This document shows positions 1-10,147 of a stretch of DNA of 31,318 nt, piece by piece (position 1 is the stretch's first letter; every line of letters starts with the position of its first letter). Source of the stretch: Nitrospirota bacterium (GTDB lineage: Bacteria; Nitrospirota; UBA9217); NCBI GenBank assembly GCA_963741205.1, contig CAVUHW010000016.1, positions 1 to 31,318 on the forward strand. Reading direction: 5' to 3'. The notes beneath the pieces were generated by a model. The model was not told the DNA's origin, did not search any database, and saw only the letters and a program-made list of their open reading frames with translations. A program made the translations under genes and the position numbers.

Positions 1-19
1 TAAGGAGAGGGTAGTGGTC

Positions 20-43
20 AATCCGCAATCCGAAATCCAAAAT
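20..43. repeat. Short heptamer tandem repeat (AATCCGC/AATCCGA/AATCCAA)
   Basis: aatccgc aatccga aatccaa aat immediately downstream of the mutS stop. Confidence 0.6.
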
Positions 44-47
44 TTGT

Positions 48-2715
48 CTACTTTCCCCCTACCCTCTTTGAGCCCTGCAGCTTGATCATGGCCTCAAGCG
101 GCGTCATGCGGTCGAGGCCATGTCCTGCAGTTCCTTGAACACGAGTCCCGCCTCGCTCGCGGAGAGCCCGAGCTGCGGCTCAATGAGTCTTCCGCTCTCT
201 CCAAGACCCTCGCCGTCCCCGTCGCCCCCTCGCCGTTCTCCCCTCCCCCTCCCCGTCTCCGGTCTTGGGCGCGGCCACGGCTCGCCCAGTTCGTTGAACT
301 CGGCCTTTTCCAGGTTCGCAGGATCTCCTTGGCCCGCTCGATCACCGCCTGGGCAGGCCGGCCAGCCGCGCCACCTGGATGCCGTAGGACTGGTCCGCCC
401 CGCCCGCGATGACGCTGCGCAGGAAGATGATCTGGTCGTTCCATTCCCTGACGGCCACGGTGTAGTTCTTGACCCGGTCCTGGTCACGGCGAGCTCGGTC
501 AGCTCGTGGTAGTGGGTGGCGAAGAGGGTCCTCGCCTGAGCTTCGTCGTGGATGTATTCGGCCACCGCCCAGGCGATGCTGATGCCGTCGAAGGTGGAGG
601 TGCCCCGGCCGATCTCGTCCAGGATGATGAGGCTCTTGGCCGTGGCGTTGTTCAGGATGTTGGCGGTCTCCATCATCTCCACCATGAAGGTGCACTGGCC
701 GCGGGCGATGTGTCCGAGGCGCCGACGCGGGTGAAGATGCGGTCGACGATGCCGATGCGCGCCTCCCGCGCCGGCACGAAGCTGCCCATCTGGGCCATGA
801 GCGTGATCAGGGCGACCTGGCGCATGTAGGTGGATTTCCCGGCCATGTTGGGGCCGGTGATGATGAGGAGCTGGTTCTCCTCGCAGTCGAGGAGGGTGTC
901 GTTGGGGACGAAGCGCTCCTCCGCTGCAAGCTGCTCGATGACCGGGTGCCGGCCCTCGACGATCCTGAGCGGTGTCGCCGTCCGGATCGCCGGCCTCGCG
1001 TAGTTGCCCTTCGCCGCGGCCTCGGCGAGCGAGCGAGACAGTCCAGGGCGGCGAGCCTCCGCGCCAGTCCTGGATGCGTACGGTCTGCGGCCGCGACCGC
1101 TTCGCGGACCTCCTGGAACAGGGGGTATTCCAGCTCGCGGATCTGCTCCTCGGCCCCCAGCACCTTCTCCTCGTATTCCTTCAGCTCCGGCGTGATGAAG
1201 CGCTCGGCGTTGGCGAGCGTCTGGTTGCGGATATAGTCCTGCGGGACGTTCGCGAGGTTCGCCTTGGTGACCTCGATGTAGTAGCCGAAGACCTTGTTGT
1301 AGCTGACCTTGAGCGAGCTGATGCCGGTGCGCTCCCGCTCGCGCTGCTCGATGCCCGCGATCCAGCCCTTGCCTTCGGAGCTGATGGAGCGCAGTTCGTC
1401 AAGCTCGGCGTCATGGCCTTTCTTGATCAGCCTGCCTTCCCGCAGCGTAAGGGCGGATCGTCGTGAATGGCCTTGTCGATGAGTTGGAAGACGTCCCTGA
1501 GGTCGTCCCAGTTCGATGCGAGATCGTATATCAGCTTCGCCTCGGAGGCCGCGAGCAGCCCTGATGTCCGGCAGAGAGGTAAAGGATTGCTTCAGCGCCA
1601 GAAGGTCCCGCGCGTTCGCCGCGCCGAGCGATACGCGGCTGATCAGCCGCTCCAGGTCGTAGACCTCGCCGAGCGAGCGTCCTGAGGTCGGAGCGGAGCC
1701 GGTGGTCGTCCTTCAGCCCGGCGACGGCGTCGAGCCGGCGTTCGATCTCCGCCGCATCCATGAGCGGGTTCAGGAGCCACTCGCGCAGCTTTCTGCCCCC
1801 CATGGAGGTGACGGTGAAATCGAGGACCGAAAGGAGCGTGCCGCGGGACGATCCGTCGTAGATGTTCCTCACCAGTTCGAGGTTGCGCTGGCACGACGCG
1901 TCGAGGACCAGGTATTCCCGGGCAGGAACGGTTTCATGCGGCGGATGTTCGCGAGGCCGGTCTTCTGCGTTTCTTCCATGTACCGGAGCGCGGCGCCCGC
2001 TGCCGAGATCCCCTTCTTCATGCCGCCGACGCCGAAACCTTCCAGCGACGCGGTCTTGAAGTGGTCGAGAAGAGCGCGGTATGCGGTCTCGTGGTCGAAG
2101 GTCCAGTCGTCGCAGGTATTGATCGCCTGCGTATACTGCCGGAGCAGTTCCGAAAGGCCCGGTGCGGGCTGGTGTCCCTTCGGCAGGACGATCTCCCGCG
2201 GCGTGAACCGGGAGAGCACGGTATCGAGTTCGGCGAGGTTGCCGGATCCCGCGACCTCGGCCAGGAAGAAATCGCCGGTCGAGATGTCGAGAAAGGCAAG
2301 GCCGTACCCGTCCTTTGCCGGGAGCGAGGGCGGCGAGGTAATTGTTGTCCTTGGCATCGAGCAGGTTCGAGTCCAGCACCGTGCCGGGCGTCACCACGCG
2401 GATGACCTCGCGCTTCACGATGCCTTTGGCGAGCTTGGGGTCCTCCACCTGCTCGCACACGGCGACCTTGAACCCGCGGCGGATGAGCTTGGCGATGTAG
2501 CCGTCGACCGCGTGATAGGGGAACCCGCAGAGCGGCGTCTCGATGCCTTTGGATTTGTTCCGGGCCGTGAGCGTGATCTCGAGGACCTTCGAAGCCGTCA
2601 CGGCGTCCTGGTCGAACATCTCGTAGAAGTCGCCCATGCGGAAGAGCAGGATCGCGTCAAGGTGCTGCCGCTTGATCTCGCGGTATTGCTTCATTAAAGG
2701 GGTTAAATCGGACAT
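48..2715 (-). CDS. mutS: DNA mismatch repair protein MutS (split by several apparent sequencing frameshifts)
   Basis: N-term [18 protein letters not shown]; [10 protein letters not shown]-loop (~830-860); [12 protein letters not shown] and FATHYHEL; C-term QLGL clamp-binding-like motif and MTPLEA...LKERVGGK* with TAG at 48-50. Confidence 0.96.
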
Positions 2716-2744
2716 TGATTAAATACTAGGGCCGCAGGGAGAAT

Positions 2745-3647
2745 TTATCGGCCAATTTTGCAATAACTCTTCTTAGCCCTTCGTTCCCGTGAAGTCGGAA
2801 GTCCATGCATTTGATGAGGGAAACAAGATTCAAAGACATGGATTCCCGATAGAACCATCGGCACTGACGAAGAAAAACATTTTAGTTGACTTCCCTCTCC
2901 TTCTTTATGCTTCACCTTCATTCCCAGCTTCTCCATCACCTGCTGAATGTCTTCCCAAACGAGTTTTTTGTCCCGGGGATTTCTGAGCAGGTAAGCGGGA
3001 TGGAACGTGGGCATGAGCGGAATGCCGTTGTAGGCGCGCCATTTCCCGCGGAGCGAGGTTATCCCCTCGCCGGTCTTGAGCAGCGTTTTAACGGCGACAT
3101 TGCCGAGCGCAACGATCACGCCGGGATTGATGGCCTGAAGCTGCTTTTTGAGGAACGGCTCGCATGCCTCGATTTCATCCGGTTCCGGGTTCCTGTTCCC
3201 CGGGGGCCTGCACTTCACGATATTGCAGATGTAAACGTCCTCCCGCGCGAGCTTCATCCCCTTGACGATGATGTCCGTCAGAAGCTGGCCCGCGGCGCCG
3301 ACAAAAGGCCTTCCCTGCTCGTCTTCTTCCTGCCCGGGGCCCTCGCCGACAAAGACGAGGACCGCTTTCGGGTCGCCCTCGCCGAACACGATGTTCGATC
3401 TGCCTTTGAACAGTTTGCAGCGCGTGCAGTTGCCGAGTTCCTGCGCGCACGGCTGCCAGACCGCCTGCCGGGCCTGCCGCTGCCGGGGATGTTTCGAAGT
3501 TCAACCTCCGGCGGGAAGGGGGCAGCCTTATTCGACCGCGCGCGAGCCTGAAGCCGTTTCAACATGACGCACCCCGAGCGCCTTTTGATACTCAAGGTGC
3601 GTCCTGACCTGGGTCACGATATCAAGAAACTCTTGTACGTATTTCAT
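2745..3647 (-). CDS. Uracil-DNA glycosylase, family 4 (frameshifted; true C-terminus probably near 2880-2910)
   Basis: VFGEGDPKA..FVGEGPG..ED..G.PFVG.AG, NIVKCRPPGNR, PTFHPAYLLRNP; N-term MKYVQEFLDIVTQVRTHLEYQKALG read from 3647; CTRCKL Fe-S motif near 3410-3430. Confidence 0.92.
2780..2870. repeat. Palindromic REP/MITE-like element (GTCAT..CCCG..CGGGAATCC / GGATTCCCG..GAC type)
   Basis: cgttcccgtgaagtcggaagtcca...tggattcccgatagaaccatcggcactgacg; related copy at 9986-10062. Confidence 0.65.
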
Positions 3648-3695
3648 CCATGGTAATGCTAACAGCGTTGTGTACCTCGAACCGCGCTCTCAATC

Positions 3696-3748
3696 TCCCC
3701 TTGAAGGGGGCTCAGCAGAATATGTCACCCTGCCCCTTCAAGGGCAGT
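3696..3748. repeat. Pair of inverted hairpins CCCCTTGAAGGGG / CCCCTTCAAGGG
   Basis: Two short palindromes that are reverse complements of each other, between nadK and udg. Confidence 0.5.
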
Positions 3749-3837
3749 GTTTTGGACTGCACCCTGTGATTACGAGTGCGTAAGCGCGAATGCAGGGTTT
3801 AAAAATGGGTAAATGTTTTGAACTCTGAACTTTATAT

Positions 3838-4690
3838 TTAATTCCCCCACTTGAGTTTCGTCCGGAGGATCTCGTAGTAGCTCTTTACGGGATGCTTGAT
3901 CAGTTTCATCTTGAAGCGGGACTTTTTGATCTCCACAACATCATGCTGCACGAGAGGAAATCCGATCTGTCCGTCGAGCGTGATGGACACGTCTTCGCTG
4001 GGCGAGGTAAGACAAACCTCGACAACGACCGTGTCGGGCAGGGCGATCGGCCTGTTTGACAGCGTGTGAGGGCATATGGGCGTCACGACGAAGCAGTGGA
4101 CCGTCGGATGGATGATGGGCCCGCCCGCGGAAAGCGAATAGGCGGTCGAGCCCGTCGGCGTCGCCACGATCAGCCCGTCGGCCCGCAGGGTCGTCAGATG
4201 ACCGTCGCTCACCGAGATCTTGAGCTCCATCATGCGCGCGAGCGCGCCCTTGTTGATCACCGCGTCGTTCAGCACCCGGTACCGCGCCAGGCGCCTGCCC
4301 TCGCGGATGACGCTCGCGGACAGCATCATCCGGTCCTCGGTCTCCAGTTTTCCGGCCATCGCCTTTTCGAGGTTGCCGTAGAGCTCGTCAAGAGACACCT
4401 CGGCCATGAACCCGAGGCTCCCGAGATTGACGCCGAAAATAGGGACGTCCGTGTGGGCGTCGGCAACGTGTCTGGCCGCGGACAGGAGCGTCCCGTCGCC
4501 GCCCAGGACGATCAGCATGTCCACGAGCGCCGGGATCTCCGCACGGTCATAGCCCCGCACCTTGATGCGCCGCGGCGGTCTCGTTGTCGATATAGACCTT
4601 CATGCCGCGCCGTTCAAGCCAGGCCGTCAGCTTCTTCGCCGCCTTCCGCGCCGCGGGGATGTTTTTTGCGATGATGCCGATTTTTTTCAT
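3838..4690 (-). CDS. nadK: NAD kinase (frameshift near 4560-4575)
   Basis: LGGDGTLL, GVNLGSLGF, LNDAVI, DGLIVATPTGSTAYSLSAGGP; start MKKIGIIAK at 4690. Confidence 0.95.
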
Positions 4691-4705
4691 AATCGATTAA
4701 GGCGA

Positions 4706-4860
4706 CGCTGATTTACGCAGACTGCAGTTCGCAGATCAGGCTTAATGCCTTCGTAAACGCCCTAAACTCTATGGATTGCATGAAGCCGCAGGTTTCAGCA
4801 TCAAAATACGTGCCGATTCTTCTAATGTTAATCTTGGTTCATCTGCGTCAATCTGCGTCC
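4706..4860. repeat. Intergenic element with inverted ACGCAGA(T)-type termini
   Basis: cgctgatttacgcaga at left, atctgcgtcaatctgcgt at right; the right arm supplies the tsaE stop codon. Confidence 0.55.
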
Positions 4861-5345
4861 ATAAGATCGTTTACGCCTTCAGGTTCCTGCCGCAGCTCTT
4901 CCAGCAGTTTCTGGTACCGCTCCCCTTCCGCGAGAAAACCGATCTCCCGGCTCTTGTCGTCGACATAGGTGAGATACACGCTGAGACGCTCCACGGGCAG
5001 GGCATCTTCCGCCCGGTCGGCCCACTCGATCACGGTAACTCCGTCGCCGCCGATATAATGTTCGAACCCGATATTCTCCAGTTCGTCGGGGTCCTTGATG
5101 CGGTAGAGGTCGATGTGGTAAAACGGCGTCCTTCCCTTGTATTCGTTCACAAAGGCGAAGGTCGGGCTCGTGATATATTGCGCGTCCACTTCGAGACCCA
5201 GCGCGATGCCGTAGGAGAAGTTCGTTTTGCCCGCGCCCAGGTCGCCGTAGAGGCAGACGGTGTCTCCGGGACCGAGCGCGCGGCCGAGCAGCTCGCCGAT
5301 CCGCCAGGTCTGTTCCGGCGTCGCGGTGATCACGCTGAACATCAT
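4848..5345 (-). CDS. tsaE: tRNA threonylcarbamoyladenosine biosynthesis ATPase TsaE
   Basis: GDLGAGKT, SPTF, HIDLYR, IEWA motifs. Confidence 0.96.
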   Translation of the reverse strand: MMFSVITATPEQTWRIGELLGRALGPGDTVCLYGDLGAGKTNFSYGIALGLEVDAQYITSPTFAFVNEYKGRTPFYHIDLYRIKDPDELENIGFEHYIGGDGVTVIEWADRAEDALPVERLSVYLTYVDDKSREIGFLAEGERYQKLLEELRQEPEGVNDLMDAD

Positions 5346-5800
5346 TCCGTCTGCCGCGCGCGGCCTTCACCATGTCGCGTTTTCCCACAATGCCCAGGAC
5401 CTTGCCGTTCCTGACGACCGGAAGCAGGTAGACCTTTTTCTCGTCCATGATCGTGGCGATGTCCACGATCGGAGGCGTCTTCCGTGATGGTGACCACCTT
5501 GCGCGTGCAGATCTCGCCGACCTTCGTGGCTGTCAGGCGCTTCACTTCCTGCTCGAATTTCTTCGAACTTTCGAGATAAATGGCGGCGTCAAGAAAGCTG
5601 ACCACCGTTGGGATGTGGAGCCGCTTGTTCCGGCTGATAAGATCGTTTTCCGTCACGATGCCGTAGAGATTGCCGGAATCGTCCACCACCGGCGCTCCGC
5701 TGATCTCGTTCTCGACCAGGAGGGAGGCCAGTTCCTCGATGGAGGTGTCGGGTTTCACGGTGATGACGTCTTTGGTCATGATGTCTTTCGCGGTAAGCAT
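5342..5800 (-). CDS. CBS-domain pair protein (frameshift near 5475)
   Basis: AKDIMTKDVITVKPDT..ISGAPVVD..GIVTENDL; second CBS continues as DIATIMDEKKVYLLPVVRNGKVLGIVGKRD. Confidence 0.9.
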   Translation of the reverse strand: MLTAKDIMTKDVITVKPDTSIEELASLLVENEISGAPVVDDSGNLYGIVTENDLISRNKRLHIPTVVSFLDAAIYLESSKKFEQEVKRLTATKVGEICTRKVVTITEDASDRGHRHDHGREKGLPASGRQERQGPGHCGKTRHGEGRARQTE

Positions 5801-5828
5801 AGTAACACCTCGATAGATAAGCTACTAT

Positions 5829-5949
5829 AACCACGGATGAACACGTGGACAAGATTAAAAATAATGATAGAAAATGCTTAAATTTCACTATCCTAGTCAA
5901 CATTTATCCAGCAATCAAACACGTGACTTTAACCGTGTTCATCCGTGCG
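5829..5949. repeat. Element with inverted CACGGATGAACACG termini around an AT-rich core
   Basis: aaccacggatgaacacg (5829-5845) and ccgtgttcatccgtg (5933-5947); the right arm contains the nnr stop codon. Confidence 0.65.
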
Positions 5950-7492
5950 TTATCACTATCGTTTCTTTCATCGCTTCCGGTATCTTCTCGATCAGGTCCC
6001 CGGCAATCATGGCCGCCTCGCCCTTTTCCTTTGCCGCAAGATCGCCCGCGAGCCCGTGGAGATACACGCCGAGGCAAGCGGCCTGCGCGGCAGGATGGCC
6101 CTGCGCCAGGAGCCCGCCGATCATGCCGGTGAGCACATCGCCGGTCCCGCCCGTGGCCATGCCGGGGTTGCCGGTCGAATTGATGAACATCTGTCCGTCC
6201 GGAAGCGCGACCACGGTCCCCGCGCCCTTGAGGACCACGATGACCTTGTGCTCCTTCGCGAACCGCGACGCGACGTCGAGGCGGTCCTTCTGCACGTCGG
6301 ACGATGACATGCTGACAAGCCTGCCCATCTCGCCCGGGTGGGGCGTCAGGATCACGGGCGCCTTTGCCTTTTTCAGGATGCCGGTGTAGCCGGCAAAAGC
6401 GTTCAAACCGTCGGCGTCGACGACCATGGGGACCGTCAGCCGCTGGACCATGTCTCGCACGACCTGTGCGGTCTCAAAGTGGGTCGAAAGCCCGGGGCCC
6501 AGCGCGACGGCGCTCATATGCTCCGCGGCCTTGAGCAGTTCCTCTTCGGACCCGACGCCCAGGGTGCCCTCGATGCTTTCCGCCGCGGGAACGCACATGG
6601 CTTCGGCGAGCTGCGACTGGATCACCGGGACGAGACCGTTCGGCGTTGCGACGCTCACGAGGCCGGCGCCGGCGCGGAGGGCGCCCCTGGCGGCCATGAT
6701 CGCCGCGCCTGCCTTGCCGGGCGACCCGGCAATGACCATCAGATGGCCGTAGTCTCCCTTGTGGCTGTCCCGCTTCCTCCGGTCTGCGGCGCCCCAGGCG
6801 GAGCCGCGGTCCAGCAGCCTGACCGCGATCTTTTCCTGCTCGATCACTTCCGGGGGGATCCCGATGTCCGCGACGCGGACCGTACCGGCGTACTCCGCCC
6901 CCGGATAAAGCACCAGCCCGCGCTTCAGGAGCGCCATCGTTACCGTGAGATCGGCCTTGATCGCCGCGCCCATGACCGCGCCGGTATCGGCGTCGATGCC
7001 CGTCGGGATATCGACGCTGACAACAGGCCTGCCCGATGCGTTCACCATGGCGACGGCCCGGGCATAGGCGCCCCTCAAGGGGGATGCGAGACCCACGCCG
7101 AGCAGGGCGTCCACCAGGACATCGGACCATGAGATGATGTCGGCAAGAGACCGGGCCGCGGCGTTTTCCCTGATTTCGACATCCGTCTTGCGAAGGATGG
7201 ACAGATTGACTTTTGCTTCGCCGGTTACCGCGGAAAAGGGTGCCAGGAGCGCCACGCGGACCGGCACGCCGCGGATCTTGAGCCTCCGGGCGAGCGCCAG
7301 GCCGTCGCCGCCGTTGTTGCCCTTGCCGCAGAGGATGCCGACCCTGACGCCGCCGAGACCGTCGAAGAACTTTTCCATCTCCGCCATGATCGCGGAAGCG
7401 GCGTTCTCCATCAAAACCGGGCCCGGGATGCCGAAACCCCTGATCGCCCTGCGGTCGATGTTTTTCATCTGCTGTGCGGTAACGATTTTCAT
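5939..7492 (-). CDS. nnr: Bifunctional NAD(P)HX epimerase/dehydratase (YjeF/Nnr)
   Basis: LMENA, GKGNNGGDG, DIPTG, SHKGDYG, DADGLN, LTPHPGEM, GGTGDVL; intact 517 aa. Confidence 0.96.
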   Translation of the reverse strand: MKIVTAQQMKNIDRRAIRGFGIPGPVLMENAASAIMAEMEKFFDGLGGVRVGILCGKGNNGGDGLALARRLKIRGVPVRVALLAPFSAVTGEAKVNLSILRKTDVEIRENAAARSLADIISWSDVLVDALLGVGLASPLRGAYARAVAMVNASGRPVVSVDIPTGIDADTGAVMGAAIKADLTVTMALLKRGLVLYPGAEYAGTVRVADIGIPPEVIEQEKIAVRLLDRGSAWGAADRRKRDSHKGDYGHLMVIAGSPGKAGAAIMAARGALRAGAGLVSVATPNGLVPVIQSQLAEAMCVPAAESIEGTLGVGSEEELLKAAEHMSAVALGPGLSTHFETAQVVRDMVQRLTVPMVVDADGLNAFAGYTGILKKAKAPVILTPHPGEMGRLVSMSSSDVQKDRLDVASRFAKEHKVIVVLKGAGTVVALPDGQMFINSTGNPGMATGGTGDVLTGMIGGLLAQGHPAAQAACLGVYLHGLAGDLAAKEKGEAAMIAGDLIEKIPEAMKETIVITHG

Positions 7493-7550
7493 AGAATTTA
7501 TGCTCCTGGCTCAAGCCTGCCGCTTACGTGTTCTCTGAACTTTGAGACTC

Positions 7551-7926
7551 CTATCCCACCAGCACCACCTGCGCCACGGCATACCCTTCGTCGTGCGAGT
7601 AGCTCAGGAGGATCTGTTTCACGCCTTTTAAGTCCATGAGGTCCTTCACCCTCCCCGAGATGTTCACGATCGGGCCCCCGCCCTCTCCGTGGAGCACTTC
7701 CATGTCCGTCCACTTGACGCCCGCGCTCCAGCCCGTGCCGATGGCCTTGAGCACCGCTTCCTTTGCGGCGAACCTCCCCGCGTAGTGCTGGGCGGGAAAT
7801 TTCTGCTCTGGCGCAGTACTCCCGTTCCCTCTGTGTAAACACCCGTTCAAGAAAGCCGGGATGGTCCTTTCCCGCTTTGTCGATGCGGCTGATCTTCACC
7901 AGGTCAACGCCGATGCCGACGATCAT
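7551..7926 (-). CDS. acpS: Holo-ACP synthase AcpS (frameshift near 7810)
   Basis: MIVGIGVDLV..RI..FLERVFT..E; AGRFAAKEAVLKAIGTG; LSYSHD; RBS GAGGGGGAG. Confidence 0.94.
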
Positions 7927-7957
7927 GATCTCCCCCTCGGTAAAACAAATTCCCAAT

Positions 7958-8049
7958 TCCACTCGCAGAGATGCTGAAACGTGGAAAATCAAAACACGAA
8001 TGAAATGGAAACGAATCTTCGCTTTGCGAACTCCGCGTCTCGGCGGTTA
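7958..8049. repeat. Intergenic element with inverted (C)GCAGAGA/CGCCGAGACGCGGAG-type termini
   Basis: ctcgcagagatgctga at left; ctttgcgaactccgcgtctcggcggtt at right. Confidence 0.45.
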
Positions 8050-8071
8050 GTATCGTTTCATTACGGTCTTA

Positions 8072-8776
8072 TCAAGCCCTCATATCCCTGACCGCCCGGT
8101 CCATACCCACCAGCGAGGCGCGCGAGATGATGCTGTGCCCGATGTTCAGCTCTTCCACTTCGGGAATGGCCGCGATCCTCGAAACGTTCACATAGTTCAG
8201 ACCGTGGCCCGCGCCCACGCGCAGCCCCAGGCCCGCGGCGAGCGTCGCAGCTTCGGCGAGTTTCGCGAACTCCCGTTCGCGGTCCTTCCCTTCCGGCGCG
8301 TTCGCATAAGAACCGGTGTGGAGCTCGACCCAGTCGGCGCCCGCCTTCCTGGCCGCGGCGATCTGTTTCTCATCGGGGTCGACGAAGAGGCTGACGGTTA
8401 TGCCGGCCTCTTTGAGGCGGCCGATGTAGGACTTCATGAAATCGATCCGCGAGGCGACTTCCAGACCGCCTTCGGTCGTGAGCTCTTCCCGTTTTTCCGG
8501 CACCAGCGTCGAAAAATCGGGCTTGACCTCCCGGGCGATCCGCTGCATCTCATCGGTCGCCGCCATCTCCATGTTCAGCAGGGTCTGGACGACGTCGCGC
8601 AGGAGGCGCAGGTCGCGGTCCTGCACGTGCCTGCGGTCTTCGCGGAGATGGGCGATGATGCCCCGGGCCCCGGCAAGCTCCGCAAGCGCGGCGGCGGCAA
8701 CGGGATCGGGCTCGACGCCTCTCCTCGCCTGGCGGATCGTGGCAATATGATCGATGTTAACGGACAAGCCGGGCAC
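8072..8776 (-). CDS. pdxJ: Pyridoxine 5'-phosphate synthase
   Basis: [54 protein letters not shown]; GTG start at 8776 after AGGAGG. Confidence 0.96.
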   Translation of the reverse strand: MPGLSVNIDHIATIRQARRGVEPDPVAAAALAELAGARGIIAHLREDRRHVQDRDLRLLRDVVQTLLNMEMAATDEMQRIAREVKPDFSTLVPEKREELTTEGGLEVASRIDFMKSYIGRLKEAGITVSLFVDPDEKQIAAARKAGADWVELHTGSYANAPEGKDREREFAKLAEAATLAAGLGLRVGAGHGLNYVNVSRIAAIPEVEELNIGHSIISRASLVGMDRAVRDMRA

Positions 8777-8852
8777 GCGGCAATTCCTCCTGACGATGTT
8801 CACATAACGATGAGGACGATTTTATCATCTCTCCGTCAAAATATCCAGAAGA

Positions 8853-9780
8853 ATGAACTACCCGCCACTGAACCATTTACATGGTTGCAGTGGGGGTTTC
8901 ACGGATCATAGAAGCATGCAGTCCCTGGGTAGTTCCCAAGGCGTGTCTTATCTGCTTCTCCCCGTGCGTAACTTCGGCCGGTTCCCGGCCTAGTGTTTCC
9001 TTCTTCCTTAGCCGCATGGCGCGTTTCTGATGCTTTACGGCAATTACGCCGGACACAAGCATTTCTATGCCGCGCTTCTTGATAACGAGAGACGCATTGG
9101 TATCGGCGTTTTCCGTAAAGCCACAGCTTTGGCAATCGAACACCGCCTGTGAGAAGGAGACATACCATTTCCCGGACTCCCGGGTAATGGTGATAGCCGC
9201 CGGAACCTCGTACTCGTCGTGAGCCTTGAACTTAAGTTCGCCCAGATCGACCGACTTTGTGCCAAGCATCAGCCGGTGCTCATATATTGTTTTGTCCTGC
9301 CGCTGTTTTGAACCTCCAGTAGGAACGAACCTGAATAGCTCGCTGGTAATCCAGACGGACTGCCGACCCGCCTTCTTTTGATAGAGCAGGGCGACCAGAC
9401 AGTCCTGTCAGGTACCTCTTGTAGGCGCCCATGAACCTGGTTGCGCCGTTTCTTAGCATCTTGAGATGGCACATCTAGAAACGGAGTGAGTTCCTTGTCC
9501 TTGAACTGGGCGTATTGCTGATCAATCGGCGGCTGTAGTCCGGTCAGCGACAGCGAATGATTCCGGAAAGTACGGAAATAACGCTCTTCGGCAACCTTGG
9601 CGTTGTAGATAAGCCGCTGGCAGCCCATCCACTGCGCGAGAATATCGGACTGCTCCGTTGTCGGGTAGCAACGGAATTTTATGCCGCTTGAAATGGCCAT
9701 GATCATAATATAGGTGAGGCTGCATGAAAGCGCAACTAAATAAAACGTTGCCGCCCTCAGCCTATATTGTGAGGCTAAAT
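8853..9780 (-). mobile_element. IS200/IS605-family (IS1341-like, tnpB-only) element, degenerate; left end approximate
   Basis: tnpB remnant followed by right-end hairpin GAAACCCCCACTG..CAGTGGCGGGTAGTTCA; candidate left-end hairpins at ~9757-9777 and 9800-9818; no tnpA recognised. Confidence 0.8.
8877..9700 (-). pseudogene. tnpB: TnpB (IS605 OrfB) with large internal deletion removing RuvC-I/II and the first Zn-finger CxxC
   Basis: GIKFRCYPTTEQ..WMGCQRLIYN, VPSQ.LRNG, SGKWYVSFS joined directly to QAVFDCQSCGFTENADTNAS; only ~270 codons. Confidence 0.85.
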
Positions 9781-9908
9781 ATCGTTTTCCGTAGCACAAG
9801 CATGGCACAAATCCATGCCCAAATCAGTCCGCTTGACCCCCTCCTGGCGCTTCGCCCCTAGCAGAGGGAATGCGCGGACTTTAGGTCATGCCGAAAAGTT
9901 TTTCATGG

Positions 9909-9937
9909 TTGACCAACAGCGCGACCTCTGGTATCAT
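9909..9937 (+). promoter_or_regulatory. Sigma70-type promoter for the FlgT-like gene
   Basis: TTGACC-17 bp-TATCAT with TG extended -10. Confidence 0.55.
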
Positions 9938-9985
9938 TTCAGCATTCTCAACCCATACAGCGGTTCCAGGCCGCAAACAAATAAA

Positions 9986-10062
9986 CCGTCATCCCCGAAC
10001 GATTCTATCGGGGATCCAGATTATGAAGAATTGGATTCCCGATCGAGGTACTCCGGAATGAC
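9986..10062. repeat. Palindromic REP/MITE-like element in a 5' leader
   Basis: gtcatccccgaacgattctatcggggatcca...tggattcccgatcgaggtactccggaatgac, terminal GTCAT/ATGAC inverted repeat. Confidence 0.75.
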
Positions 10063-10147
10063 AACCAGTGATAATACGCAAATGATAAAAAAAGCTCCAA
10101 CGTGTCTCGTTAATTCGAAGCAAAATTCCATCAGGAGGTGGGATATT

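Noticed and set aside
48-7926. mutS, udg, nadK, CBS gene and acpS as pseudogenes or programmed frameshifts
   Set aside because: Indels are scattered through essential genes in both halves while motifs are intact, which fits uncorrected long-read errors better.
9700-9900. tnpA (Y1 transposase) beside tnpB
   Set aside because: No HUH or catalytic Tyr motif ORF is recognisable.
9815-10147. 111-aa N-terminal extension of the FlgT-like ORF
   Set aside because: It crosses a promoter and a palindromic repeat; a strong RBS and signal peptide mark ATG 10148 as the start.
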